Below, in pieces: positions 10,738 through 20,027 of a stretch of DNA of 32,000 nt; positions within the stretch are counted from its first letter, which is position 1; each line of letters opens with the position of its first letter. Under the pieces are notes generated by a model that was not told the origin of the DNA, ran no database searches, and was given only the letters and a program-made list of their open reading frames with translations. The position numbers and the translations under genes are program-made. Origin of the DNA: Fastidiosibacter lacustris (GTDB taxonomy: Bacteria; Pseudomonadota; Gammaproteobacteria; Francisellales; Francisellaceae); the NCBI RefSeq assembly GCF_003428155.1, contig NZ_QLIR01000001.1:120001-152000 (forward strand), read 5' to 3'.

Positions 10738-10753
10738 AACTAAGCGCTTAGTT
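10738..10753. promoter_or_regulatory. 16-bp perfect palindrome AACTAAGCGCTTAGTT
   Basis: Direct sequence observation in the intergenic region at the island/phage junction. Confidence 0.4.
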
Positions 10754-10915
10754 TTTGAGATTATTCATGAGAAAATACTAAAAAGGATTAGATATGACCT
10801 TGATTAATATATTCGACTTGCTACAATCGCTAGTGTCGGGCTTCGAAACCCAGATCATAAGCGGATGGATTACGTTATTAATCTTTCTAAACAAACTCCG
10901 AAGTTTTTTCAAATT

Positions 10916-10994
10916 TCGGGTGGGCGTATGCCATACAACACCAGCAATGGGAAAGCATATGCGCGTAGCTTGTGATACGTTTCGAACCACCCGA
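10916..10994 (+). ncRNA. Candidate structured RNA / leader element upstream of phage replication gene
   Basis: Outer stem TCGGGTGG(10916-10923)/CCACCCGA(10987-10994); inner stem GCGTATGC(10924-10931)/GCATATGC(10955-10962); third small stem CGTA/TACG (10964-10967/10976-10979). Confidence 0.45.
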
Positions 10995-11029
10995 TGCAAC
11001 TTTCGAAAAAAATCATAAGGAGTCTAGCT

Positions 11030-11860
11030 ATGGCAGAAAGACGAATGTTTGCAAAAAGTATCATTGATAGTGATGCTTTTCTCGATATGTCATTGTCCAC
11101 ACAAGCATTATATTTTCATTTATGTATGCGTGCAGATGATGATGGCTTCATAAACAACGCTAAAAAAATCATACGAATGATTGGCGCAGGGGATGATGAA
11201 ATCAAGATTCTACTTGCCAAGAAATTTTTAATTGCCTTTGAAACTGGGGTTATAGTCATCAAACATTGGCGCATCCATAATTACATCCGTAGTGATAGAT
11301 ACAAGCCAACGAATTATCCTCATGAGTTTACAAAACTGAGTATTGACAGTAACAATTCTTACTCTTTGGGTGTAAATGGTATACCAAACGACAACCATAT
11401 GGATACCAGTCGTATACCAAATGGAAACCCAGGTAAGGTTAGGTTAGAGTTAGGTAAGGATATAGATACTTCTAACGAAGTATCTTTGTCGGGCAACCCC
11501 GACGATACAAATCCAAAAAGCTACCCTTATGCCGAGATTGTAAATTACCTCAACCAGAAAACAGGTAGCAATTACCAGTCAACCTGCAAAAAAACACGTG
11601 AGCTCATTCGTGCACGTTTTGCCGATGGTCATGATGTCGATGCGTTTAAACGAGCAGTCGATAATCAAGTCGCACTTTGGTGGCATGATTTTAAATTTCG
11701 TCAGTACTTACGACCCGATACACTTTTTGGTCCGAAAATGGATAGTTATGCCAATGCAAACGTAACACCTGAGCAGATAGCCGTGGCACAGGGCAAAGTG
11801 GGGGTGGCAATTGCTCGAGGAATGGAAGAAGGCACTTTTAACATCAAAGACATGTTTTAG
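11030..11860 (+). CDS. Phage replication protein (DnaD/replisome-organizer-like N-terminus)
   Basis: AAGGAGTCTAGCT-ATG at 11030; MAERRMFAKSIIDSDAFLDMSLSTQALYFHLCMRADDDGFINNAKKI... winged-helix replisome organizer pattern. Confidence 0.65.
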   Translation: MAERRMFAKSIIDSDAFLDMSLSTQALYFHLCMRADDDGFINNAKKIIRMIGAGDDEIKILLAKKFLIAFETGVIVIKHWRIHNYIRSDRYKPTNYPHEFTKLSIDSNNSYSLGVNGIPNDNHMDTSRIPNGNPGKVRLELGKDIDTSNEVSLSGNPDDTNPKSYPYAEIVNYLNQKTGSNYQSTCKKTRELIRARFADGHDVDAFKRAVDNQVALWWHDFKFRQYLRPDTLFGPKMDSYANANVTPEQIAVAQGKVGVAIARGMEEGTFNIKDMF

Positions 11861-11868
11861 GAGGGGGA

Positions 11869-12504
11869 TTGAATATGTTAGATAAAAACATTTTTAGCTC
11901 TTGGTTTACGTTTATCGAAAACCAGTACGGTCAAAAAGACCAGAGTTTTAAAGAGATTTATTTTGAGATGTTGAATGACATCGAAACAGGCGACTTTAAA
12001 GCGGGCGTTAAAAAGCTTTTAAGTCAAAGGGTATATAACTCGTTTCCAACGATTGCAGAAATTAGAAACGCTTGCCTAGTTGATGTTGATAGTCGTGCAA
12101 TTATGGCGTGGCAGGCGGTTTATGATGCAATATCACGTTATGGAGCTTATGGCACAGTAGCATTCGGTGACAAGGTGATACATATGGCGCTGGAGGCTGT
12201 TGGTGGTTGGCATCGTTTGTGTACGAGCACAATTCAGCAGTTGGAGTTTTTGAAGAAAGATTTTGCCAAGGCATACGTGAGTTATTCGTTTACGCCGATG
12301 GAGACAAAACCATATTTTGCAGGAATTTGTGACCAACAAAACGGCTCGGTAATGATTAACCGAATTGGCTGCAATTACCTAAGCGAATCAGAGAGCAACA
12401 AACAACTAGCCTATGTTGCGGGCAATAAAGGCAGTGCCAAGCAAATCATGGCAGAGATAAAAAACAAGATTGCATTTAAGGAAGTTCAAGGAGGTGCAGC
12501 ATGA
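11869..12504 (+). CDS. Phage replication accessory / putative helicase-loader-type protein
   Basis: Follows replication ORF; FPTIAEIRNACL...DSRAIMAWQAVYDAISRYGAYGTVAFGDKVIHMALEAVGGW resembles phage G40P loader/inhibitor-type proteins. Confidence 0.5.
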   Translation: MNMLDKNIFSSWFTFIENQYGQKDQSFKEIYFEMLNDIETGDFKAGVKKLLSQRVYNSFPTIAEIRNACLVDVDSRAIMAWQAVYDAISRYGAYGTVAFGDKVIHMALEAVGGWHRLCTSTIQQLEFLKKDFAKAYVSYSFTPMETKPYFAGICDQQNGSVMINRIGCNYLSESESNKQLAYVAGNKGSAKQIMAEIKNKIAFKEVQGGAA

Positions 12505-12803
12505 GTTTTGATAAGTTAATTTATGCGCAAGTGCAGGAAGCGTTGCAGCCGGTTCTAAGTCGGTTAAACCAGTGTATTGATGTGATGACGCAAGTAAAAA
12601 AATACCAAGAGGTGCAAATAACATCGGCAGAAGCAGCAAGAATACTTGGTAAGACACCTGAAACAATCCATAACTATGTTGAACATGGGAAGCTTACACC
12701 AGTTGACCCTAGTGCAAGATATAAAAGTTTTACTTTAGCTGAAATTGAAGCATTTAAGCAAAAATATGTGGCTTCAAGCATCACAAAAACCAAGGAGGGC
12801 TAA
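12501..12803 (+). CDS. Small DNA-binding protein (MerR/excisionase-like HTH)
   Basis: ITSAEAARILGKTPETIHNYVEHGKLTPVDPSARYKSFTLAEIEAF. Confidence 0.6.
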   Translation: MSFDKLIYAQVQEALQPVLSRLNQCIDVMTQVKKYQEVQITSAEAARILGKTPETIHNYVEHGKLTPVDPSARYKSFTLAEIEAFKQKYVASSITKTKEG

Positions 12804-12806
12804 GCC

Positions 12807-12998
12807 ATGAAAATAACTAGCAAGATGTTGAAATATCGTACACAGAGAATAATCCAGATGGACAGAGAGGAAATTGCAAGCGATAAAAATGCGCATAAAT
12901 TGCCTTCATGCAACTTTTTTCAAAAACCTATAGAAAGGTATTACCGTGATGTCGTTCGTTCATTGGCACCATATTTACGGCGAAATGCGGGGGTTTAA
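12807..12998 (+). CDS. Hypothetical small basic protein
   Basis: ORF in operon context only. Confidence 0.35.
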   Translation: MKITSKMLKYRTQRIIQMDREEIASDKNAHKLPSCNFFQKPIERYYRDVVRSLAPYLRRNAGV

Positions 12999-13061
12999 AT
13001 TAAGGCAGTACAGCTTTAATGGCAACATCTTTTAATTAAAAGCTAAACAAGGGATAAGGAA

Positions 13062-13571
13062 ATGATTTTCAATAAAAAACAAACTGAAGAAGAAACGTGG
13101 GACGTGGAGTGGGATAAAGTTGATGATGCAATAGCAGATTATGTGATAGACCAGGGTAATCAGTTACTGCAAAGTTTAGCGGAGGATATTACAGAAACTC
13201 ACAAAAAAACAACAACTTTATTGGCGCTACTGATTTCCGCGGTATCAGCATTGATGACACTGCAAAACTGGTTGCCGCACAAGTTTGTGGTCATCATGGT
13301 AGTTGGGTTCATTCTGTCAATACTGATATTTCTAGCTGCAATCAAAACAGTGGGCTTAAGCGGTGGAGTCAGACCGTCAAGACTACTGCACAGCCACACT
13401 TACAAGCACAAGATGTTGTATTTTAAACAGTGCATCATTATTGGCATAGAAAAAAGCATTAGCGATGATTCAACCAAACTTGCCTGGAAATCAAAGTTGT
13501 TCAACGCTGGATTGTGTACTGCACTGGCAACAGTTGTTCTTGCTGCCTTAAGTTTTATCGTGACGAGTTGA
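13062..13571 (+). CDS. Small membrane protein
   Basis: Hydrophobic segments LLALLISAVSALMTL, FVVIMVVGFILSILIFLAAI and ALATVVLAALSFIV. Confidence 0.55.
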   Translation: MIFNKKQTEEETWDVEWDKVDDAIADYVIDQGNQLLQSLAEDITETHKKTTTLLALLISAVSALMTLQNWLPHKFVVIMVVGFILSILIFLAAIKTVGLSGGVRPSRLLHSHTYKHKMLYFKQCIIIGIEKSISDDSTKLAWKSKLFNAGLCTALATVVLAALSFIVTS

Positions 13572-13776
13572 AGTCTCTTCGTCTGTCGTTGTCTCCAGGC
13601 TTGTATGGGACTCTGTCAGGAACTGGTTGGCGCGGGTTTAAGTCAAACATGTAAACATCCTTATGGTTTGTTAATTGGCAAGAAAAGTTTACCAGAGCGC
13701 TCACTGCATAACAATCCTTGCAGTTAATTGGCGTTAGCGTGAGGCGTGGGTGTTCTGGTATGAGGGAGAAAAATAG

Positions 13777-13977
13777 ATGCACCAATCATTAGAGATATTA
13801 AATCACTTAAAAGATAACGGCAGCATAACGCCGCTTGAAGCATTAAACCGCTACGGCTGTATGCGTCTTGGTGCCCGTATTTTTGACTTACGTAGCAAGG
13901 GTTATCCGATTAAAACGGAGATTTTAAAGAGCAATAAGAAGTACGCAATTTATAAATTGATGGAGGGGGAGTTATGA
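13777..13977 (+). CDS. Phage winged-helix/HTH domain protein
   Basis: LEILNHLKDNGSITPLEALNRYGCMRLGARIFDLRSKGYPIKTEI, a common phage HTH protein pattern. Confidence 0.7.
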   Translation: MHQSLEILNHLKDNGSITPLEALNRYGCMRLGARIFDLRSKGYPIKTEILKSNKKYAIYKLMEGEL

Positions 13978-14046
13978 GCAATCTCAACTTCAATCAGCGT
14001 TTGGTATATGGGTGATGTCGATAACAACTTTAATGGATAAATTAAG

Positions 14047-14379
14047 ATGAAAGAAAAATATACAATAGATGAACAGCTTAAAATATTTGATCAGTTAATA
14101 AAATTAAAAACTAAGATGATACTATGCGCAAGAAAACTTGATAATTTACATCATGATATTCGGCTATGCGATGATATGGATAATTTTCAGGAAATACACA
14201 TGTACAACGGCATTGATGTTTTGGCTAAAAAGTATGACAAAAAAATAAACATAGATCGAAGATTCATGGAAGGTCGATGTTACAAAAAATACATAAATAT
14301 AGATGTTGGTAATAAGTGTATTATGAAGGTTTTTCAGCTAGAGAAAAAAGACGAAGAGTGGTGGAAATTATGGATGTAA
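14047..14379 (+). CDS. Hypothetical protein
   Basis: ORF in early phage region. Confidence 0.35.
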   Translation: MKEKYTIDEQLKIFDQLIKLKTKMILCARKLDNLHHDIRLCDDMDNFQEIHMYNGIDVLAKKYDKKINIDRRFMEGRCYKKYINIDVGNKCIMKVFQLEKKDEEWWKLWM

Positions 14380-14547
14380 ACGAGAAAACAGTTCAGAAAA
14401 GCGGATTTGGTTGATGCTGATTTAACAAGGGCTGAATTAAATGGTGGCTAAATTAAGGGAACGCACAAGGGAATTGAAATTAACTTTCACAAAGCAGTTA
14501 ATACAGATTGGTAATATTGGACTTATAGCAGTAATGAATATTTAGTC

Positions 14548-14739
14548 ATGAGCGAGTCAAAAAACGCAGCAATTTTAAAAGCACAGCGACAGCTATTACA
14601 AAGCCAAAGTTTATCTAGCATTACATTATACGCAAGTGGGGAGGTGGGGGCTGAGTGCGTCTTAAATGGGAAGTTTACCTTTTCATCTTTTGACGCATTT
14701 CAGTATTGGCTTGATAACGAGGGTAATCTATTCATTTAA
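14548..14739 (+). CDS. Hypothetical protein
   Basis: ORF directly upstream of Bet-like gene. Confidence 0.35.
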   Translation: MSESKNAAILKAQRQLLQSQSLSSITLYASGEVGAECVLNGKFTFSSFDAFQYWLDNEGNLFI

Positions 14740-14754
14740 AACCTGGGGGGAGGA

Positions 14755-15486
14755 ATGAGTCAAGAAATACAAACAGCAAATAATCAGGTGCCGATGGTCA
14801 CTGATGAACAAATTGGCAAGTATTTGGAGTCAATGGGGAATAACCTAAACCCAGTTCATAGAACGCAATTTGTTGAGCTTGCCAAGGCGTTTAATTTAAA
14901 TCCGTTTTTAAGGCAAATTCATGGCATTGCGTATGGTGACAATTTTAACATCGTGGTCGGTTATGAGGTTTATATTCAACGTGCTGAACGCAGCGGTCAG
15001 TTAGCCGGCTGGAAAGCGTGGACGGAAGGTGTCGCGCCAAATTTAAAAGCTTGTATTGAAATTAAGCGCAAGGACTGGTCTGAACCTTTTTATCACGAGG
15101 TTTATTTTGATGAGTACGCGCAAAACAATCAAATGTGGAAATCTAAGCCGCGTACCATGCTTAAAAAAGTGGCGATTGCACAAGGGTTTAGAATGGCGTT
15201 TAGCGTAGAGCTAGGCGGAATTCCCTACACGCAAGACGAGTTACCGCCAAGCGAACCAATAGACGTTACACCAAAGCAAGAGCCCCCCAAGAAAGAGCCA
15301 GCACATCCAGTTGTAAATCAATTGCTATTTAAAATTCAAGAGGCGGGACTTGATGTTAAGGATTTTGCCAAATTTGCACAGTTTAAGTCGGATGATTTAG
15401 ACAGTTGCCAGTTGGCATTGAATAACTTTATGGACTTGGTCAAACAGTACAAAGCATCCAAGGTAATTGACCATGAAACTTTATGA
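14755..15486 (+). CDS. bet: Single-strand annealing protein, Bet/Redbeta/RecT-like
   Basis: FVELAKAFNLNPFLRQIHGIAYGDNFNIVVGYEVYIQRAERSGQLAGW...WKSKPRTMLKKVAIAQGFRMAF. Confidence 0.85.
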   Translation: MSQEIQTANNQVPMVTDEQIGKYLESMGNNLNPVHRTQFVELAKAFNLNPFLRQIHGIAYGDNFNIVVGYEVYIQRAERSGQLAGWKAWTEGVAPNLKACIEIKRKDWSEPFYHEVYFDEYAQNNQMWKSKPRTMLKKVAIAQGFRMAFSVELGGIPYTQDELPPSEPIDVTPKQEPPKKEPAHPVVNQLLFKIQEAGLDVKDFAKFAQFKSDDLDSCQLALNNFMDLVKQYKASKVIDHETL

Positions 15487-15961
15487 CATTAATCAGGAAA
15501 TTATGCAGGTCATTTGTGAAGCGGTTGACGTTGAAACGGGTGAAGTGATTGCTGAGCTTGATACGGAAAAGCTAACAAATCTCAAGATAGCGCGTGAGGA
15601 AAAGGTGCTTAATCTCGGGAAATACATTAAAAACTTAGATGCTGAATTAACTGCAGTAAGTAATGAAAAAGCAAAATTTGTTAAGTGGGAACAATCACTC
15701 AAAAAACGCATTGAATCGATTAAAACTTATTTGGCTAAAAACATGGCTGAGGGCGAGAAGTTTAAAGACGCGCAAATCATGGTGAGTTGGCGTATGCCTG
15801 GCGAACAGGTACATGTGTCTAACGTTAATATGATTCCCGAAAAATACAAACGAATTACCGTCGAGCCCGACAAAGTTGAGCTTAAAAAAGCAATTAAAAA
15901 TGGCGAAGCAATTACTGGCGCTTATTTGCAGTACGGTGAGCCAGGTGTGTTGATTAGGTAA
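15467..15961 (+). CDS. Gp157-like phage protein
   Basis: MKLYDINQEI..., coiled-coil, GEKFKDAQIMVSWRMPGEQVHVSNVNMIPEKYKRI..PDKVELKKAIKNGEAITGAYL. Confidence 0.7.
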   Translation: MTMKLYDINQEIMQVICEAVDVETGEVIAELDTEKLTNLKIAREEKVLNLGKYIKNLDAELTAVSNEKAKFVKWEQSLKKRIESIKTYLAKNMAEGEKFKDAQIMVSWRMPGEQVHVSNVNMIPEKYKRITVEPDKVELKKAIKNGEAITGAYLQYGEPGVLIR

Positions 15962-15967
15962 ATAATA

Positions 15968-16333
15968 ATGCAGTACGAATTTACAACAATATACCCACCA
16001 AGCGTCAATAACCTCTATATGACGACCAAGAGTGGCAAAAAATGCTTATCAAAGAGGCATATTAAATTCAGAAATCAGCTGTATTTTGATGCGATTGAGC
16101 AATGCGGGCGTGTTATTAAACCTATTACTGGAGATGCCAAGTTAGTCGTTTTGCTTAGTCCGCCAGATAATCGCGTCCGTGATGTTGATAACGCGCTTAA
16201 GTCACTATTTGATGGGATTAAGCAAGCCCGTATTATCAACGATGACAGTCAAATTAAAACGCTCTATGTGCGCATGTTAGCTAAAAAGCGTGGCGGTAGC
16301 TGCACAGTTAAAATTAAATCAATAGGAGATTAG
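15968..16333 (+). CDS. rusA: Holliday-junction resolvase RusA-like
   Basis: YPPSVNNLY...DNRVRDVDNALKSLFDGIKQARIINDDSQI, RusA active-site pattern. Confidence 0.9.
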   Translation: MQYEFTTIYPPSVNNLYMTTKSGKKCLSKRHIKFRNQLYFDAIEQCGRVIKPITGDAKLVVLLSPPDNRVRDVDNALKSLFDGIKQARIINDDSQIKTLYVRMLAKKRGGSCTVKIKSIGD

Positions 16334-16336
16334 TTA

Positions 16337-16510
16337 ATGATTGAGATTGCAAAACATCAAGAGTGGAGAGCTGCACGAATCATAGCAAATATGGCTAAAA
16401 AAGGCGAAATACAGCCATTGCATTGGCTTAAGATTCCAAATGCAGTAATCAAAAAATATTACATGACTATTAACAAAGAAAACAGGAAAAATAAACATGC
16501 ACAATTATAA
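16337..16510 (+). CDS. Small hypothetical protein (57 aa), not in supplied track
   Basis: My reading: MIEIAKHQEWRAARIIANMAKKGEIQPLHWLKIPNAVIKKYYMTINKENRKNKHAQL*, preceded by AGGAG and overlapping the next ORF. Confidence 0.5.
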   Translation: MIEIAKHQEWRAARIIANMAKKGEIQPLHWLKIPNAVIKKYYMTINKENRKNKHAQL

Positions 16511-16799
16511 TATTGTTGCTACAACAGGCACCTACATCGGACAAGATGGTCAAAAAAGATATCTAAATAAAACAGTTGGCAAAGTATTTGAGACGAAAAG
16601 CGGCGTTAAGCTAAAGCTCGATGCCAGCTTTAATTTAGCGGCACTTGAGCAAACTGCTGATGGTAGTGTGTGGTTAGCTGTATTCCCACCTAAAGAGCAA
16701 CAACCTGAGCAAACACATCAAAGACCACGTGCGCAGCCGTACGCACCGCCGACAATGCAACAGGTTAATGACTTTCAAGATGATGAGATACCGTTTTGA
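16497..16799 (+). CDS. Small protein with SSB-like C-terminal tip
   Basis: Short beta-rich ORF ending NDFQDDEIPF, matching the SSB C-terminal interaction peptide D-D-x-I-P-F. Confidence 0.55.
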   Translation: MHNYNIVATTGTYIGQDGQKRYLNKTVGKVFETKSGVKLKLDASFNLAALEQTADGSVWLAVFPPKEQQPEQTHQRPRAQPYAPPTMQQVNDFQDDEIPF

Positions 16800-16830
16800 G
16801 CCTGCTACAATAATTAAGAGGTTAGATTAA

Positions 16831-17250
16831 ATGTATATATTTAATGACAAGGCATTTAAAACAAAAAAAGCGCTGTTTCGTTATGTTAAAGATAATAACC
16901 TGACTACATGCGCAGAAAAGTACTTTATTAGAGCGCTTGCAGAGAATGATTTTAACGTTATTGAGACGATTGCTTATGTTAAGCAAAATTATAAAACCAA
17001 CAAAATTTCAAAAAAATCTTTTGAAATTAATGGCATGCGCTATAAAAATATGCGCGAATTTGAAGAGCAATATGACCTACCACAGGGCACATTATCGGTC
17101 ATTAAAGTAAAAAACAAAATAACGGTGGAGCAAGCTGTTTTACAGGCACTGGAGTTGCCATTTGTAAAACAACAATTGGCTTATAAAAACTCATTTGCCG
17201 CCAAATTTTTACAATTAAGATTACCAACGACGAATTTTGTTTACCATTAA
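16831..17250 (+). CDS. Hypothetical protein
   Basis: ORF in co-oriented operon. Confidence 0.4.
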   Translation: MYIFNDKAFKTKKALFRYVKDNNLTTCAEKYFIRALAENDFNVIETIAYVKQNYKTNKISKKSFEINGMRYKNMREFEEQYDLPQGTLSVIKVKNKITVEQAVLQALELPFVKQQLAYKNSFAAKFLQLRLPTTNFVYH

Positions 17251-17683
17251 AGTAAATAGGAGGGGGGGGATGGAAACTTTAATATTGTCAACAGGTTACA
17301 AGCTGGTTAAAAATGCAATCGGAGAGCAATACGCTGAGATAGTGTACAATATTGCATGTACAAATGCGCGCAATATGGTCAATATCCCGCTTTATGCCGA
17401 TAAATCGACTGGCTATCTTAAAAAAGCATTGCCAGAAGCCGTGTTTAAGAAATTGGTCCAGAATCTTGGTGGTCAAAGACTGCCCATACATAAGGAAAAC
17501 GTTAAGATAAGCGACTCAAAACTTAAAGAATGGGCAGCTAGGAAGTTAAGCGAAGCAGGTGCATCACCGCATGAAGTAGCACAACTGCTTGGTGTAAAAG
17601 AAAAGACGGTTTTGAATTGTTATACTGAGCAGCCGCGGAAGCCTGTTGACAAGAGTGTGCAACGGCAGTTGTGTTTGTTTTAA
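17237..17683 (+). CDS. Putative Mor-like/HTH transcriptional activator
   Basis: LGGQRLPI... followed by HTH KLSEAGASPHEVAQLLGVKEKTVLNCY; position just before the late gene block. Confidence 0.45.
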   Translation: MFTIKVNRRGGMETLILSTGYKLVKNAIGEQYAEIVYNIACTNARNMVNIPLYADKSTGYLKKALPEAVFKKLVQNLGGQRLPIHKENVKISDSKLKEWAARKLSEAGASPHEVAQLLGVKEKTVLNCYTEQPRKPVDKSVQRQLCLF

Positions 17684-17862
17684 GTAATGTTTTGTTCTTG
17701 CGTATTTTCTTCTTCATTAAATAATATAAGCCAAAGTTGCACAATCTATCTGATGGTTGGTTGATAGGATGCGGTAAGCAAAATGTTTTTAGGTACTTTT
17801 AAAAGGATAAATCAAAGCGGGTTTGATACGCGCAAAAAGCACTTTCTGCGTGAATTAAAAAA

Positions 17863-19197
17863 ATGACTTCGTTTCGCTTTATATACATATGTAAATGGGA
17901 AAAATGCCTAAAAAACGAAATCAATGGCGAAGTTAAAAGGGGCTGGGGTTTGGAAAATAAGATTGAATATTTAGGCGTTGATGACTTAATGCCATACAAA
18001 AATAACGCACGCACACACAGTGAAAGTCAAATCAAAAAGATTGCTGCAAGCATGAAAGAGTTTAGCTTTATAGCACCAGTTGTTATTAACGATGAAAATA
18101 TGATTTTGGCTGGTCATGGTCGTCTAATTGCGGCAAAACAGATAGGGTTGCAAAGAGTCCCTGTCGTGCGTGTTGTGCATTTAACTCAGGCACAGCAGCG
18201 TGCTTATATATTGGCAGATAATCGCATTGCCGATGATGCAGGGTGGGATGATGAGCTATTAAAAATTGAGCTTAGTGAGCTCAATGAGCTCGAGTTTGAT
18301 TTAGCGATTACTGGTTTTGAAGATGAAGAGTTAAACAATCTTATTTTTGAAGATGAAGAAGATGCATTTTTAACAGATGAGGACGATTGCCCAGATGCTA
18401 ATGATGTCCATATTGTTACAGTTAAAGGTGACATTTGGCAGATTGGTGAGCATAAATTATTGTGTGGTGACAGCACAATTTTGGGTGACGTAGAAAAATT
18501 AATGGATGGGGAACAAGCAGATTTACTGATTACTGACCCTCCTTATAATGTGAATTATGAGGGTAAGACATCAAAAAAACTTAAAATACAAAATGACTCA
18601 ATGAGTGAAACAGCCTTTAGACAGTTTTTAAGCGATGCTTATAGCAATGCTAATGTTGTAATGAAAAGCGGGGCTGTTTTTTATATCTGGCATGCTGCAT
18701 CAGAGAGTTACAACTTTTATGGGGCAGCAATAGATGTTGGTTGGGATATTAAGCAGTCCTTAATCTGGTCTAAAAACAATATTGTACTTGGGCGGCAGGA
18801 TTATCATTGGAAACATGAGCCATGTTTATATGGTTGGAAAAGTGGAAAGCATTACTGGGGAAGCGATAGAAAGCAGACGACCATACTTGAGTTTAACAAA
18901 CCTGTACGCAACGCGGAGCACCCGACCATGAAACCAGTCGATTTGATACAATACCAAATCGAAAACAGTAGCCGAAAAAATGAAATTGTGCTCGACTTAT
19001 TTGGTGGGTCTGGGACGACGCTTATTGCTGCTGAAAAAACATCAAGAAAAGCAAGATTAATTGAGCTTGATACGAAGTATTGCGATGTAATTGTTAAACG
19101 TTGGCAAAATTTGACAGGCAAAGAAGCAATACATCTGGAATCTGGCAAAACTTTTAATCAATTACTCAATGCAGCAGATGAGAAAATAAGCGCATGA
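17863..19197 (+). CDS. ParB-like nuclease domain fused to DNA methyltransferase (N4/N6)
   Basis: N-terminal ParB motifs (LMPYKNNARTHSESQIKKIAASMKEFSFIAPVVIN..ILAGHGRLIAAKQIG); C-terminal DPPYNV and LDLFGGSGTTLIAAEKTSRKARLIELD. Confidence 0.92.
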   Translation: MTSFRFIYICKWEKCLKNEINGEVKRGWGLENKIEYLGVDDLMPYKNNARTHSESQIKKIAASMKEFSFIAPVVINDENMILAGHGRLIAAKQIGLQRVPVVRVVHLTQAQQRAYILADNRIADDAGWDDELLKIELSELNELEFDLAITGFEDEELNNLIFEDEEDAFLTDEDDCPDANDVHIVTVKGDIWQIGEHKLLCGDSTILGDVEKLMDGEQADLLITDPPYNVNYEGKTSKKLKIQNDSMSETAFRQFLSDAYSNANVVMKSGAVFYIWHAASESYNFYGAAIDVGWDIKQSLIWSKNNIVLGRQDYHWKHEPCLYGWKSGKHYWGSDRKQTTILEFNKPVRNAEHPTMKPVDLIQYQIENSSRKNEIVLDLFGGSGTTLIAAEKTSRKARLIELDTKYCDVIVKRWQNLTGKEAIHLESGKTFNQLLNAADEKISA

Positions 19198-19198
19198 T

Positions 19199-19711
19199 AT
19201 GGCGGCAAACATTGTCACCGCGAGAGTCCTTGCAAAATTACTAAAGTTATCAGAACGAAGAGTTCAGCAACTTGTTAAAGAAGGAGTTTTGACAAAAGAA
19301 AAAAATGGACAGTATCCGATGATTGAAAATATTCATCGTTATATTGATTACATTGGTGTGCGAGCAAAGAACGATGACAGTGATATTGATTTAAATGTGG
19401 CATTGAAGGAAGAAAAATTGCGATTGATAAAAGCCCAAGCCGATAACGAAGAAATCAAAGCGCGGCTTGCATCAAACAAAGCAATCGATGCCGAGCAGTT
19501 AGAGCATGCGTTAGCAGAAGTGTTAGGTATGATGCGCAACAAGTTACTCAGTATTCCCGAACGTGTTGAAACCACGTTAGTGGGCGAAACTGATAAAGAC
19601 GTATTCAAAAAAATCCTCACTGCCGAGCTTAAAGATGCGATGTATGCCGCATGCGATGGTGTTGACGATACATTAGATAAATTAACAATAGGAGAACAGA
19701 GCAATGATTAA
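19199..19711 (+). CDS. Terminase small subunit (Nu1-like)
   Basis: N-terminal HTH (TARVLAKLLKLSERRVQQLVKEGVL); position directly upstream of terL. Confidence 0.7.
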   Translation: MAANIVTARVLAKLLKLSERRVQQLVKEGVLTKEKNGQYPMIENIHRYIDYIGVRAKNDDSDIDLNVALKEEKLRLIKAQADNEEIKARLASNKAIDAEQLEHALAEVLGMMRNKLLSIPERVETTLVGETDKDVFKKILTAELKDAMYAACDGVDDTLDKLTIGEQSND

Positions 19712-20027
19712 TATGATTGATATGAATGAAGAAAATGACTTGATCCCAAACACTGCCCAAATAAAAGAACGAGCGTATGTTGATGCGTTGCATCTTTCTG
19801 GCTTAAGGTATGCGTCCCTTAGTGAGCAACTATATACGACAACAACTAAATTTGCAGAGCTATTTAGATCAATATTATCTGAAAAAGACGCTGATAGAGA
19901 GATTCTAGTGGACTATGTTGAAACGCTGCCGCGAGATGTTGCCGTGATGATTATTGGTGATTTGCTTGTGAAAGAAGATATTACACACGATGAATACCAA
20001 AATCTTGAAAGTATTATTTTTGACTAA
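19704..20027 (+). CDS. Hypothetical protein between terminase subunits
   Basis: ORF overlapping both neighbours. Confidence 0.4.
   Translation: MINMIDMNEENDLIPNTAQIKERAYVDALHLSGLRYASLSEQLYTTTTKFAELFRSILSEKDADREILVDYVETLPRDVAVMIIGDLLVKEDITHDEYQNLESIIFD

Noticed and set aside
10778-11100. ORFs 10794-11018 (+), 10778-10999 (-), 10909-11100 (-)
   Set aside because: They read through the structured leader region; composition is not protein-like and they lack ribosome-binding sites.
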